This document shows, one piece after another, positions 10,190 through 20,255 of a stretch of 64,000 bases of DNA. Numbering within the stretch: position 1 is the first letter of the stretch; the number at the start of each line of letters is the position of its first letter. The position numbers and the translations under genes were made by a program. Origin of the DNA: Candidatus Hermodarchaeota archaeon (GTDB taxonomy: Archaea; Asgardarchaeota; Lokiarchaeia; Sigyniarchaeales; SOKP01); contig JBHLLJ010000001.1 of the NCBI GenBank assembly GCA_048885705.1, positions 8,544-72,543 of the forward strand, written 5' to 3'. Below the pieces are notes generated by a model. That model did no database searches and was not told where the DNA came from. It saw only the letters and a list, made by a program, of their open reading frames with translations.

Positions 10190-10217
10190 TATTTTAACCG
10201 TTCTTTGATTTTGCTAA

Positions 10218-11333
10218 TTAAATTTCCTTATATTTTCTATATTCCTTTTGAACAAATTGATATAATTTTTTTGCAGTTTCATCTTTCTCAAAATGATTTA
10301 TAACTGGTGCTAAAAAACGATTAATGTATTTGACGACTGCAGGTTTTAAATCGGCTGGATTTAATTTCCCTTTAATATAATCCTTTTCTAATTCATTAAA
10401 TGAGTTATATTTAACATTTCCACCATATTTCTCAGGACGTTCAATCTCAAAAACCGGTACTAGTTCAAATATGATATATCTACAATATTCTAGAATGGGA
10501 TTTTCTTTAGCTTGCTTAGGGGGACAATAAGCTTTATTTATCTTGCGTTTTACGTCATCAGGAGAATCTAACATAAAAATCGATGAATCAGGATCTGATT
10601 TTGACATTTTAATTTCTATAGTTCTATCAACACCGTTTAGTTCTGTTGCTGGTGGTTTTTTTAATCCCATTAACATATGGTGATGAATCGCAACTGGTTT
10701 AGGTTTATTTAGGCTTTTAGCGATCTCTCTTGCTAACACATTCACTTTTCTTTGATCCATACCAAGTTGACAAATATCTGCTGGAAGATAAAAAATATCT
10801 GCTGCTTGCATTAAAGGATATAATATTTGAGAAGCGTATAGTTTATCTGATTCGCTTCTTCCCATAATTTGTGTGCATCTCATAATTCTCTTTAGTGTTG
10901 TGTCTATTCCTATCTTAAGTACTAACTCCCAATATTTATCCTCTTTAACTAGATCAGAAGCATAAATAAACTCTATTTTACTTAAATCCATTCCACATAC
11001 TTTCCAAACTTCTATGAAAAAATTTCCTACTTTTTTAATTACTTCTAAATTACCACCAAACTTCTTATTAGCAGCAGCATGCCAATCAGCAACCAGAAAT
11101 TTAAACCTTATCCCTGCTTTTGTTATTTTATTAACATTAATAGATCTTAAAAGCCCTTGAGCAATATGAATATTTCCTGAGGGCTCAAAACCATCATAAG
11201 CGTAAATTTCCTTATTATGTTTAACTTTCCATGTAATCATTTCTCTTAATTCATCTAAATTTATAATTTCTTCTCCGACTTCTTCTAATAAAGAGATTTT
11301 TTCGTCTAAAGTTAAACCCATATTATTATTCAC
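10218..11333 (-). CDS. tyrS: tyrosyl-tRNA synthetase, archaeal/eukaryotic type
   Basis: 371 aa class I aaRS. Contains YDGFEPSGNIHIAQG (HIGH-type motif) and KMSKSDP (KMSKS). Confidence 0.9.
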   Translation of the reverse strand: MNNNMGLTLDEKISLLEEVGEEIINLDELREMITWKVKHNKEIYAYDGFEPSGNIHIAQGLLRSINVNKITKAGIRFKFLVADWHAAANKKFGGNLEVIKKVGNFFIEVWKVCGMDLSKIEFIYASDLVKEDKYWELVLKIGIDTTLKRIMRCTQIMGRSESDKLYASQILYPLMQAADIFYLPADICQLGMDQRKVNVLAREIAKSLNKPKPVAIHHHMLMGLKKPPATELNGVDRTIEIKMSKSDPDSSIFMLDSPDDVKRKINKAYCPPKQAKENPILEYCRYIIFELVPVFEIERPEKYGGNVKYNSFNELEKDYIKGKLNPADLKPAVVKYINRFLAPVINHFEKDETAKKLYQFVQKEYRKYKEI

Positions 11334-11427
11334 TAAATATTATATAAATTAGGTAATTGTTAGATTGATATAACATTTATGGATTTTTTAAATTCACTTT
11401 TAATAAATATTAGAATTTATGCAATTA

Positions 11428-11964
11428 CTATTTACCTATTTTATATCGATATAGAAATCCTGGCAACCATAAAAAAATCCCTAATAGACCACCAAATAAA
11501 AAAGTGAAGGGATCATTCCATAAATATAATTTGTAGATCATTGTTATAACAAGAATCACTATTCCAATTAACAATCTTATTGGATAGTGAAATCGATTAT
11601 TTACAGCTTGATGAAATAAATAAAAAAATAATATAATTGCGTGACCACTAAATGGAATGGGTATAATGTATCGAACAAGAGAAAATGAACCAATAATAAT
11701 GGATTCTAAAAATAATAAAATGTAAAGATATCGACTTTTTTGTTCATTCCAGAGCCAAATTACTTCACCTATTAAAATTCCATAAGGAAGAAAGATTGGA
11801 ATCATATAAATTGGAGGAGTAGAAATTGTTAATGTTTCAGTAGCAGTATTAATTAAGGGATAACCTTTAATAGAGAAAAAGATTAATGAAAAAATAGTAA
11901 GAATAAACCCCGTTCCATAAATAATAAGCAGTTCCCTTATTGAAGGTTTTAACTTGGATAACAT
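11428..11964 (-). CDS. polytopic membrane protein, unknown function
   Basis: 178 aa. About 5 hydrophobic helices are visible (e.g. LLIIYGTGFILTIFSLIFFSI, IWLWNE..., LLIGIVILVITMIY). No recognisable motif. Confidence 0.55.
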   Translation of the reverse strand: MLSKLKPSIRELLIIYGTGFILTIFSLIFFSIKGYPLINTATETLTISTPPIYMIPIFLPYGILIGEVIWLWNEQKSRYLYILLFLESIIIGSFSLVRYIIPIPFSGHAIILFFYLFHQAVNNRFHYPIRLLIGIVILVITMIYKLYLWNDPFTFLFGGLLGIFLWLPGFLYRYKIGK

Positions 11965-12132
11965 GACTTATAATCTTTCAATATTTTAAAGGATCTTAAT
12001 ATATCTCTAATCTTAGAATGTTTTAAAGTACTTTAGATCTTCCGTGAAATAGTTAATTTTGAAAATAATTGGTAAAATGTTAGAAAATAAGAAGATAATT
12101 AACATGATTGCTATTAAAAATATCGATAAAAA

Positions 12133-14826
12133 TTATTTGCGCTTTTCTTCGATCGCTGCTTGAGCAGCGGCAATACGTGCAACGGGGATTCTAAATGGGG
12201 AACATGAAACGTAATCTAATCCTATTGAATGAGCAAATTTAATTGAGTTTGGTTCCCCTCCATGTTCTCCACACACACCTAATTTCAAATCAGGTCTTGT
12301 CTTTTTGCCTAATTCAATAGCTAATTTCATTAATTTTCCAACACCATCTTGATCGAGAATTTCAAAAGGATTATTTTCTAAAATTTCCTTATTAAGGTAG
12401 ATTGGAAGAAATTTTCCTTCAGCATCATCACGTGAAAACCCAAATGTCATTTGTGTTAAGTCATTTGTACCAAAGGAGAAGAATTCAGCTTCAATTGCAA
12501 TTTCATCAGCTGTTAATGCTGCTCTGGGAATTTCAATCATTGTGCCAAACTTATATTCCAAATCTACATTATAACTTTCAATCGTATCTAAAGCTACTTC
12601 CATTAATTGTGCCTTAACGTATTGTAATTCAGATATCATTCCTACAAGAGGAATCATAACCTCGGGAATAACGTTAATTCCTTTAAGTTTAAGTTCACAA
12701 GCAGCTTGGAATATTGCCTTTACTTGCATTTCATTTATTTCAGGCCAAACGATCCCCAACCTGCAACCTCTTAAACCCATCATGGGATTTTCTTCCGAAA
12801 GAGACCTAATCAAGGAGATTACTTCACTCTTTTTCTTAATTTCATCATCTAAAGGACTTATATCTAATAATGATCTTGATAAAGCATTAGTCATTTTAAG
12901 CTCCTGACTTTCTAATTGCACTGTAGACAATTCAGGTAAGAACTCGTGTAATGGTGGATCTAATAAACGTATTGTGACTGGTTTTCCCTCCATGATCATG
13001 AATATTTCATAAAAATCTCCTTTCTGCATAGGAAGTAGCTTATTTAATGCATCTTGACGTTCTTCTGTGGTTCTTGCCATTATCATATTCTGGACAACAG
13101 GCAAACGAGAAATATCCATGAACATATGTTCAGTTCTACAAAGGCCTATCCCTTGAGCTCCAAATTCTATTGCTTTCCGAGCATCTATTGGAGTATCAGC
13201 ATTTGCTCTTACCCCTAGAGTTTTTATTTCATCTGCCATCTCTAATAATTCTAAAAATTCTCCTTTAATTTCAGGCTCAACTAAAGATACTTTTCCTTCT
13301 ATAATACGCCCAGTTGTTCCATCAATGGTTATCCAATCACCTTCTTTTACAATCATTTCAGCAACTCGAAATTCTCTTTTTTCTTCATCGATTTCAACAT
13401 CTTGGGCACCTACAACAGCGGGTTTCCCCATTCCTCTAGCAACTACTGCAGCATGAGAAGTTTTACCACCAAATTGAGTTAAAACTCCACTTGAAGCATA
13501 AAGACCATGTACATCTTCAGGTTTTGTTTGGGGCCGTACTAAAATTATCTCTTTATGCTCCTGATTTGCTAATTCCTCTGCTCTATCAGAATCAAAAATA
13601 GCTACCCCAGAAACTGCCCCAGGAGATGCATTAATACCATGAGCTAAAACATGAACAATTGAGTTTTCATCAATACTTTTAAATAATAGTTTAGCTACTT
13701 TGTTTGGATCTATACTCATGATCGCTTCTTCTTTAGAAATTAATCCTTCTTTAACCATATCAACAGCAATTTTAACAGCTGCTGATGGAGTTCTTTTTCC
13801 ATTACGTGTTTGTAAAATGTTAAGTTTTCCATCTTCAATGGTAAATTCAATATCTTGCATGTCTCTATAGTGTTTTTCCAAATTATTCATAGTTTTTAGT
13901 AATTGCTTGTATATCTTTGGAAATTCATCCTTCATCTCTTCAAGTTTTTTAGGAGTTCTTATACCTGCTACAACATCTTCTCCTTGAGCATTTGCCAAGT
14001 ATTCACCAAATTTTATATTTTCTCCCGTCGAGGGATCTCTAGTAAATGCAACCCCAGTAGCAGAATTCCAACCTTTATTTCCAAACACCATAGTCTGAAT
14101 ATTAACTGCAGTACCAAAATCAGGAATATTATTAATCTTTCGATACGTTATTGCTCTTCTATTATTCCAGGACTTGAATACAGCTTCAATCGCAAGAAAA
14201 AGTTGTTTGTTTGGATCTTGAGGAAAAGGTCTTCCAATTTCCTTTTCGTATAGTGCTTTATAATCAGCAATTACTTTTTGTAGATCCATTACTTCTAAAT
14301 CAGTATCTTGGGCGTTACGTCCGATAGCTCTTTTATATTTATCCAATATTCTCTCAAACTTTTCATCCCCAATTCCCATTACTACATCTCCAAACATTTG
14401 GATAAATCTACGATATGAGTCGTAAGCAAACCGGGGATTATCTGTTTGTTCACCTAATCCTAAGACACTCTCATCATTTAAACCTAAATTAAGAACAGTA
14501 TCCATCATACCGGGCATACTCATGGGTGCTCCAGATCGAACAGATACTAGTAAAGGGTTTTTATTATCACCGAACTTCTTCCCCGTACTTTCCTCTAATT
14601 TTTTTAGATGAGCTATTACATTGGGTTTCAGTTCTTCCATTATTTTTTCTGGTTTTACAAAATAGAGTAAACAGGCTTCAGTGGTTATTGTGAAACCAGG
14701 CGGAATACTAAGTCCTAATTTGGTCATTTCTGCTAGATTTGCTCCCTTTCCACCAAGGAGTTTTTTTAAATCTTTGTTTCCTTCACTAAAATTATAGACA
14801 AATTTCTTATTTTCAGTAGTAGTCAT
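12133..14826 (-). CDS. ppdK: pyruvate, phosphate dikinase
   Basis: 897 aa. Contains N-terminal GGKGANLAEM, the phospho-His motif GGKTSHAAVVARGMGKP, and the C-terminal PEP/pyruvate domain motifs GLCRTEHMF, FFSFGTNDLTQ and VCGEHGG. Confidence 0.95.
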   Translation of the reverse strand: MTTTENKKFVYNFSEGNKDLKKLLGGKGANLAEMTKLGLSIPPGFTITTEACLLYFVKPEKIMEELKPNVIAHLKKLEESTGKKFGDNKNPLLVSVRSGAPMSMPGMMDTVLNLGLNDESVLGLGEQTDNPRFAYDSYRRFIQMFGDVVMGIGDEKFERILDKYKRAIGRNAQDTDLEVMDLQKVIADYKALYEKEIGRPFPQDPNKQLFLAIEAVFKSWNNRRAITYRKINNIPDFGTAVNIQTMVFGNKGWNSATGVAFTRDPSTGENIKFGEYLANAQGEDVVAGIRTPKKLEEMKDEFPKIYKQLLKTMNNLEKHYRDMQDIEFTIEDGKLNILQTRNGKRTPSAAVKIAVDMVKEGLISKEEAIMSIDPNKVAKLLFKSIDENSIVHVLAHGINASPGAVSGVAIFDSDRAEELANQEHKEIILVRPQTKPEDVHGLYASSGVLTQFGGKTSHAAVVARGMGKPAVVGAQDVEIDEEKREFRVAEMIVKEGDWITIDGTTGRIIEGKVSLVEPEIKGEFLELLEMADEIKTLGVRANADTPIDARKAIEFGAQGIGLCRTEHMFMDISRLPVVQNMIMARTTEERQDALNKLLPMQKGDFYEIFMIMEGKPVTIRLLDPPLHEFLPELSTVQLESQELKMTNALSRSLLDISPLDDEIKKKSEVISLIRSLSEENPMMGLRGCRLGIVWPEINEMQVKAIFQAACELKLKGINVIPEVMIPLVGMISELQYVKAQLMEVALDTIESYNVDLEYKFGTMIEIPRAALTADEIAIEAEFFSFGTNDLTQMTFGFSRDDAEGKFLPIYLNKEILENNPFEILDQDGVGKLMKLAIELGKKTRPDLKLGVCGEHGGEPNSIKFAHSIGLDYVSCSPFRIPVARIAAAQAAIEEKRK

Positions 14827-14992
14827 GTTTCTTTACCAAAGTCTTAATAATCATCAAGTAGATAAAATAAAAACAACACTCTTAATTTTTATATTTTACT
14901 TAGAATACTTGTAATACTTTTCTTATTATAGTAAAGTTTCTTTATTGAAATAAAATTTTCGAAAAATAGACTAAAAGTTAAGAAATTATCTT

Positions 14993-15803
14993 TTATTTCT
15001 TATTAAAAGCATCAAGCAATTCCCAAATTCCATTTATAATAAAATTAGGTTTAAATTTACTCCTCTTTAAAGCTTTTTTTGTTGTTTCTCCAGATAACAC
15101 GCAACAAGTAGTTATTCCTGCTTCGATACCCATTTTTATATCAGTATAGAGACGATCTCCAAAAATAATAGCATTTTTAGGTGAAATATTTAAGTTTTTC
15201 AATTTAAAAAGAAGCATTTCTTTATTTGGTTTTCCAAAAACTTTTGGCATCCTTTCGGTAGTTTTAAAGAGAAGTGCAGCAATACCTCCAGCATCGGGGA
15301 TGTATCCATTTTCAGTAGGGCATCTATTATCGAGATGAGTAGCAATATATGGTAAACTCTGATTTTGAAGAAGAAAAGCAGCTTTCATTAAACGGTTATA
15401 AGTTAATTCTTGATCAAATGCAAGTACTAATATTTCTGGATCTTCTTCGGTTAATTCAAATCCTTCATTTCTAAATTCATTTTTAAGAGATTGAGTACCT
15501 AATAAAAATATTTTTTTAAATTTGTTTTTTTTAAGATAGTCTATTGTAGGGTGTTGAGATAAAATAACATTTTCCCGATTTATGTCAAAATTGAATTTAT
15601 TTAATTTTTTCAAGTAATCTTCTGTTGAAATACTTGAATTGTTTGAAAGAAAAAAAAAAAATTTTTTTATTATTTCTTAATATTTTAATTAATTTAGGAA
15701 CTCCTTGAAATAGTGAATCACCTAAATAAAGTGTGCCATCTAAATCAAAAAAATAGACTTGTTTATTCGTTAATTCGGTTATATTACCAATATTATTAAC
15801 CAT
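14993..15803 (-). pseudogene. HAD-IIA (NagD-like) sugar phosphatase split by a +1 frameshift in a homopolymer
   Basis: Track ORFs 15597-15803 (YFFDLDGTLYLGD..., HAD motif I) and 14993-15613 lie in different frames. Removing one base from the A12 run at 15650-15661 (T12 on the coding strand) gives KKIFFFLSNNSSISTEDYLKKLNKFNFD.... That restores motif II (SNN) and one continuous protein of about 269 aa ending with GDRLYTDI (motif IV). Confidence 0.8.
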
Positions 15804-15867
15804 TTTAGATTTTACACAATATTTATGTTTGAATTAAAAAGAAAAAAAATAATTGGATGTTCAATAT

Positions 15868-16299
15868 TTAATAAAATTCAGTGTCAATCATAGTAGTCGA
15901 AACTACAAGTTCCTGTGCCGCTCTAGTGGCTCTTAAAACTTTAGCCATATCCCCTTTAAGTTTGAATTTTCCAGCAAGCAAACCTCGGATTGGATCTAAT
16001 TCCTTTTTTAAAACTTGAACCCATGCATCATAAGGTCCTGAATATACGTATTCAACATCAACTTCTTCGCCTGGTTCAACTATTTTGGCTCCTGTGCATT
16101 CACCATGATAAAGACCCACATACATCCTGATTTCATGGTCTAAGTTTCCAGAGGGTTCTACAATAAATAGAAAATCACCTTCCCATCCATTAGGTGGAAA
16201 TCCTTCAGGTCCAGCTGCATCTTTATAATTTGGATTGTCATTAATTGCTTTACAATACGCTTTAGCCCATTCTGGTGTACCAAATTTCATTTTTATCAC
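15868..16299 (-). CDS. SCP2 sterol-binding-domain protein
   Basis: 143 aa. Contains MKFGTPEWAKAYCKAINDN...LLAGKFKLKGDMAKVLR, the typical SCP2 C-terminal GKxKxxGdmaK signature. Confidence 0.7.
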   Translation of the reverse strand: MIKMKFGTPEWAKAYCKAINDNPNYKDAAGPEGFPPNGWEGDFLFIVEPSGNLDHEIRMYVGLYHGECTGAKIVEPGEEVDVEYVYSGPYDAWVQVLKKELDPIRGLLAGKFKLKGDMAKVLRATRAAQELVVSTTMIDTEFY

Positions 16300-16423
16300 T
16301 TTTGAAAAATTTTTGTTACTTATTATTTTATAAGTTTTTTATTTGTATAATTTTTTAAATTACGATTTCAATAAATATTTCATTTTTTTATTAAAAAAAA
16401 AAATATTGTATAAATTTTAATTA

Positions 16424-18145
16424 TTACTTAATTTCTCCTCTTTCTTTCATTTTGGCAATTTCTTCATCTCTAAGTTTTCTCTTAAAAAGTTTCATAACCA
16501 TTGTTAATGGTAGATCGTTTCTAAATTCTACACTCTTCGGTACGGCATAAGGTTTAACTTTCTCTTTCAAATAGTTGATTATTTCCTGCTCTGAAACTTT
16601 TCCTTCGTACTCCTTATTCAATGATATGAATGCTTTAACTCTCTCACTGCCAGGGCGTTCTGGATCTGGAATTCCAATTACACCCGCAACTCTAACAGCA
16701 GGATGTTCATGCAAAATATCGTCAAGAACTCTAGAATAGACTTTATTACCAGATACGTTAATCATATCTTTTACACGATCTTCTATGTAGAAATACCCAT
16801 CTTCATCCATTCTGCCTATATCACCCATCCTAAGCCAACCATCTTCAGTTAAACCGTTCCCTGGTGTGGGCCAATAACCCTTCATAACTTGTGGACCACG
16901 AACCCATATCTCGCCAGATTCACCAAATGGAACTTCCTCTTCTGTTTCTGGATTGACAATTTTGACTTCTGTATCTGGTAATGGGACTCCTACACCTAAT
17001 TTCTTTTTAAGCATGAATCCAGTTACTTTTGAAAGTGGAGAAAAATTAATGGCTACGACAGCACTAGTTTCAGTTGCACCGTATCCCTCGCCCATTGGAA
17101 TGCCAGTTCTCTTCTCAAACTGATCCGCAACTTCCGGAGGCATTGCTGCAGCCCCCGATATGTATACAATTGGGAATTTAGGTATATCTAATTGAAGAAA
17201 TCGCATGTAATGAGCAGGAACAGCAGCAACTAGAAAAGGACGATGTTTTTTTATGATATCAACCATTGCTTTCATATCTCTTGGGTCCATTAAATATCCT
17301 TTAAGACCCCAAGATATGCCAATATGAATAGAAAAATGCCCATATGCATGGAAAACTGGAACACAAATTAAAGCAGCAGCTTTTCCTATAATTCCCGCTT
17401 TTATAGGATCCGCCATCCAATGAAGGAATTGAATTACATTAGTTGTGATATTATAATGTGTAAGCATAGTTCCCTTTGGAAGACCAGTAGTTCCCCCAGT
17501 AAAAGGTAATAACGCGATATCTTCCATTGGGTCGATTTCTGCTGTTTTTTCAAGAGGTTCATAATCATTAATCATATCTTCTAAAAGATAATAACGGTCT
17601 GTTGATATTTTTTTCATTTCAGGTAAATTATAGTCCGGAAATAGTCTTGTAGGAGTATAAATAATATTATCAATATCAATTTCATTTTTTACTTCATTAA
17701 CGCGTTCAATGCGTCTATAGGAGCATATTATTGTTTTAGCACCACTCTCTTTAATCTCATGAATTAAATCATCTGTTTTATGTAAAATGCTTAAAGGAAC
17801 GTGTATTGCTCCTATTTTCATCGCAGCATAATCTGCAAAGATAAATTGTTGGCAAGAGGGTAGAACAGTAGCTATTTTATCTCCTTTTTTCACTCCTAAA
17901 TCAATAAATGCATTTGCTAACTTATCTACTTTTAATTTCAAATCTTTATATGTAATTTCTTCATCTAAATAAACACTAGCAATATTATCAGGATATTTTG
18001 AAGCACTCTCTTCAAGAAACTCATAAACATTAATTTTAGGGTACGGCTCCATTGATTGCTTAAGCTTCCAAGGCCCCAAGAAATAGGATTTTAACCAAGG
18101 TTTTTCAGCATAAGAATTTTTTTCTTTCTCACTCATCATTCTCAC
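16424..18145 (-). CDS. AMP-forming acyl-CoA synthetase (fatty-acid/aryl-CoA ligase family)
   Basis: 573 aa. Adenylate-forming motifs are present: LPFTGGTTGLPKG, GEGYGATE, GDIGRMDEDGYFYIEDRVKD. Confidence 0.9.
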   Translation of the reverse strand: MRMMSEKEKNSYAEKPWLKSYFLGPWKLKQSMEPYPKINVYEFLEESASKYPDNIASVYLDEEITYKDLKLKVDKLANAFIDLGVKKGDKIATVLPSCQQFIFADYAAMKIGAIHVPLSILHKTDDLIHEIKESGAKTIICSYRRIERVNEVKNEIDIDNIIYTPTRLFPDYNLPEMKKISTDRYYLLEDMINDYEPLEKTAEIDPMEDIALLPFTGGTTGLPKGTMLTHYNITTNVIQFLHWMADPIKAGIIGKAAALICVPVFHAYGHFSIHIGISWGLKGYLMDPRDMKAMVDIIKKHRPFLVAAVPAHYMRFLQLDIPKFPIVYISGAAAMPPEVADQFEKRTGIPMGEGYGATETSAVVAINFSPLSKVTGFMLKKKLGVGVPLPDTEVKIVNPETEEEVPFGESGEIWVRGPQVMKGYWPTPGNGLTEDGWLRMGDIGRMDEDGYFYIEDRVKDMINVSGNKVYSRVLDDILHEHPAVRVAGVIGIPDPERPGSERVKAFISLNKEYEGKVSEQEIINYLKEKVKPYAVPKSVEFRNDLPLTMVMKLFKRKLRDEEIAKMKERGEIK

Positions 18146-18175
18146 TAATAAATAAAAAAAATTGAAGATAAATCA

Positions 18176-20032
18176 CTAATAAATTATATCGATAGTCCAA
18201 TCTAACTGAAGTTCTTTAAGTTTCTCTTTAGTAGGGATTCCATTTTTATCCCAACCACGAAATTCATAGTAAGCATCTAAAAGGGGATCTAAATTTACTG
18301 TCTGTCCTTCAGCTGGGCCCTCAGGAAGAGGTTCCTCTAATAATCGAGCAGGAAGTGTATCATCTTTTCTAGTTATCCCTTCTCTGACATTAAAAACTCT
18401 AGCAAGATTATATAGTCTCTCGCCGGTTTTTCTAAAATCTGATGCAGTGAATTCATAGCCTAATAATTTTGATATCAATGATGCCCAATCATCAGCGCTG
18501 AGAACAATACCCATAAATTTACAACCCCCAATCGCATCAAATACACTGAAACCATCTTCCAAGTCCTTAAGGATAAAAGTTTTTTCTGGGATTTCTTGAA
18601 GTGGATCACCAACATCAGCATCATCAACAAGCATAAAAGGCATTGACAAGAAGGCAGGTCCTTCAATCCATGCAGTAATGTGATCACCACCTCGATTTGC
18701 AGTGGCATATGCTAATCCAGTGATTTTAGCAGCTCTACTATCATATGCAGGAAGCTCTAATCCTTTCACTTGCATAGCGAATTTTATTGAGTCTTTGTCT
18801 AATTTTTGAGCCATTATTCTTGTTCCTTCCGCTAATAAATCACCAATACCTTCTCTTTTACTAATTTTAGGAATAAGATCAATTACTAGATCTTCATCAC
18901 CAAACTTTATTTCAATTCCTTCTGTTTGTTCCTTAGTTAATATGCCTTTTTCATAACATTCCATTGCAAAACCAATTACATTTCCGGCAGAAATGGTATC
19001 AAGTCCATATTCATTACATAAGAAATGAGCAAATGTAATCGCTTCTAAATTATCAATACCACACATAGTTCCAAGGGAACCTATTGATTCATATTCTGGT
19101 CCTTCTCCTTCACTTTTATACTTTCCTTCCTTAATTTCAGCAAGACGTCCACAAGCAATTGGACAAGCAAAACAAGGCTTTCGATCAGTTAGAATTGTCT
19201 CATTTATTGCAGTTCCGTTTATTTTTTCCATATTGGGGAAAACCCCTGTTTGCCAATTTCGTGTTGGTAAACCTCCTTTAACTCCAACCAAATCAACCAT
19301 AGTAGCTGTCCCATACACCTCAAGAGTCATTTTTAATAAGCTCTGATTGACCCAATCGTATCTTTGTTTAGCTTCTGCTTTATATTCATCTGGATTGGCT
19401 ACTTGAATTTTAGTATTTCCTCTAGCTGCTAGAGCTTTAACCTTTTTAGACCCCATTACAGCACCCACTCCACATCTTCCAGCAGCACGTCCCCAATTAG
19501 GCTTATCACAATCATTCATTATTGCAGCATATTTAACTAGATTTTCACCTGAAATTCCTATACAAGAGACATTAAACTTATCTCCTAATTCTTCTTTTAT
19601 AATTTTCGTAGTTTCAGAAGTATTTTTACCCCATAAATGTGATGCATCTCTAAGTTCTGCTTTCCCATCTTCTGTAACTAAATAAACGGGTTTCGGAGAA
19701 ACCCCTTCGAATATAACGCCATCAAATCCAGATCTCTTTAGATCACGCCCCCAAAAACCCGCAGAATTTGCTTCTCCCCAAATACCAGTGAGAGGAGATT
19801 TTGTAACAACAGCATATCTTCCAGTACTGGGTGAAGGTGTTCCTGTTAATGGTCCCGTCATAAAAATTAATTTGTTTTCAGGGCTTAATGGATCTGTCCC
19901 TTTTGGTACTTCTTCTAATAGATATTTAGTAGCTAATCCAGCTCCTCCTAAATATAGTTTTAATGTTTCTTCATCAGGAAATTCTTCAGTAATTTTACCG
20001 TTAGCTAAATCAACTCTTAATATTTTTCCCAT
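18176..20032 (-). CDS. aor: aldehyde:ferredoxin oxidoreductase (tungstopterin AOR family)
   Basis: 618 aa. Contains the N-terminal MGKILRVDLANGK, the Fe-S ligand region CFACPIACGR, and ANRGGDH. It lies 30 bp upstream of the CoA ligase on the same strand. Confidence 0.93.
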   Translation of the reverse strand: MGKILRVDLANGKITEEFPDEETLKLYLGGAGLATKYLLEEVPKGTDPLSPENKLIFMTGPLTGTPSPSTGRYAVVTKSPLTGIWGEANSAGFWGRDLKRSGFDGVIFEGVSPKPVYLVTEDGKAELRDASHLWGKNTSETTKIIKEELGDKFNVSCIGISGENLVKYAAIMNDCDKPNWGRAAGRCGVGAVMGSKKVKALAARGNTKIQVANPDEYKAEAKQRYDWVNQSLLKMTLEVYGTATMVDLVGVKGGLPTRNWQTGVFPNMEKINGTAINETILTDRKPCFACPIACGRLAEIKEGKYKSEGEGPEYESIGSLGTMCGIDNLEAITFAHFLCNEYGLDTISAGNVIGFAMECYEKGILTKEQTEGIEIKFGDEDLVIDLIPKISKREGIGDLLAEGTRIMAQKLDKDSIKFAMQVKGLELPAYDSRAAKITGLAYATANRGGDHITAWIEGPAFLSMPFMLVDDADVGDPLQEIPEKTFILKDLEDGFSVFDAIGGCKFMGIVLSADDWASLISKLLGYEFTASDFRKTGERLYNLARVFNVREGITRKDDTLPARLLEEPLPEGPAEGQTVNLDPLLDAYYEFRGWDKNGIPTKEKLKELQLDWTIDIIY

Positions 20033-20255
20033 ATAACCATAAATATTCTTTACACCTCGATATTAATTTTATCTTATTATTTAATTTAAAATCTCAAAAA
20101 ATTAAAATATGCAATTAATTAATTTTATTCCTTTAATTATAAAATGATTTCTATTTTTCTAAAAAACTAATTAAAGTAATCAACTTTTAGGATTTAAACA
20201 ATAATTCTAAAATTTGAACAGAAAAGTATATAAAATTTAGAAAAACAAATAGAAA

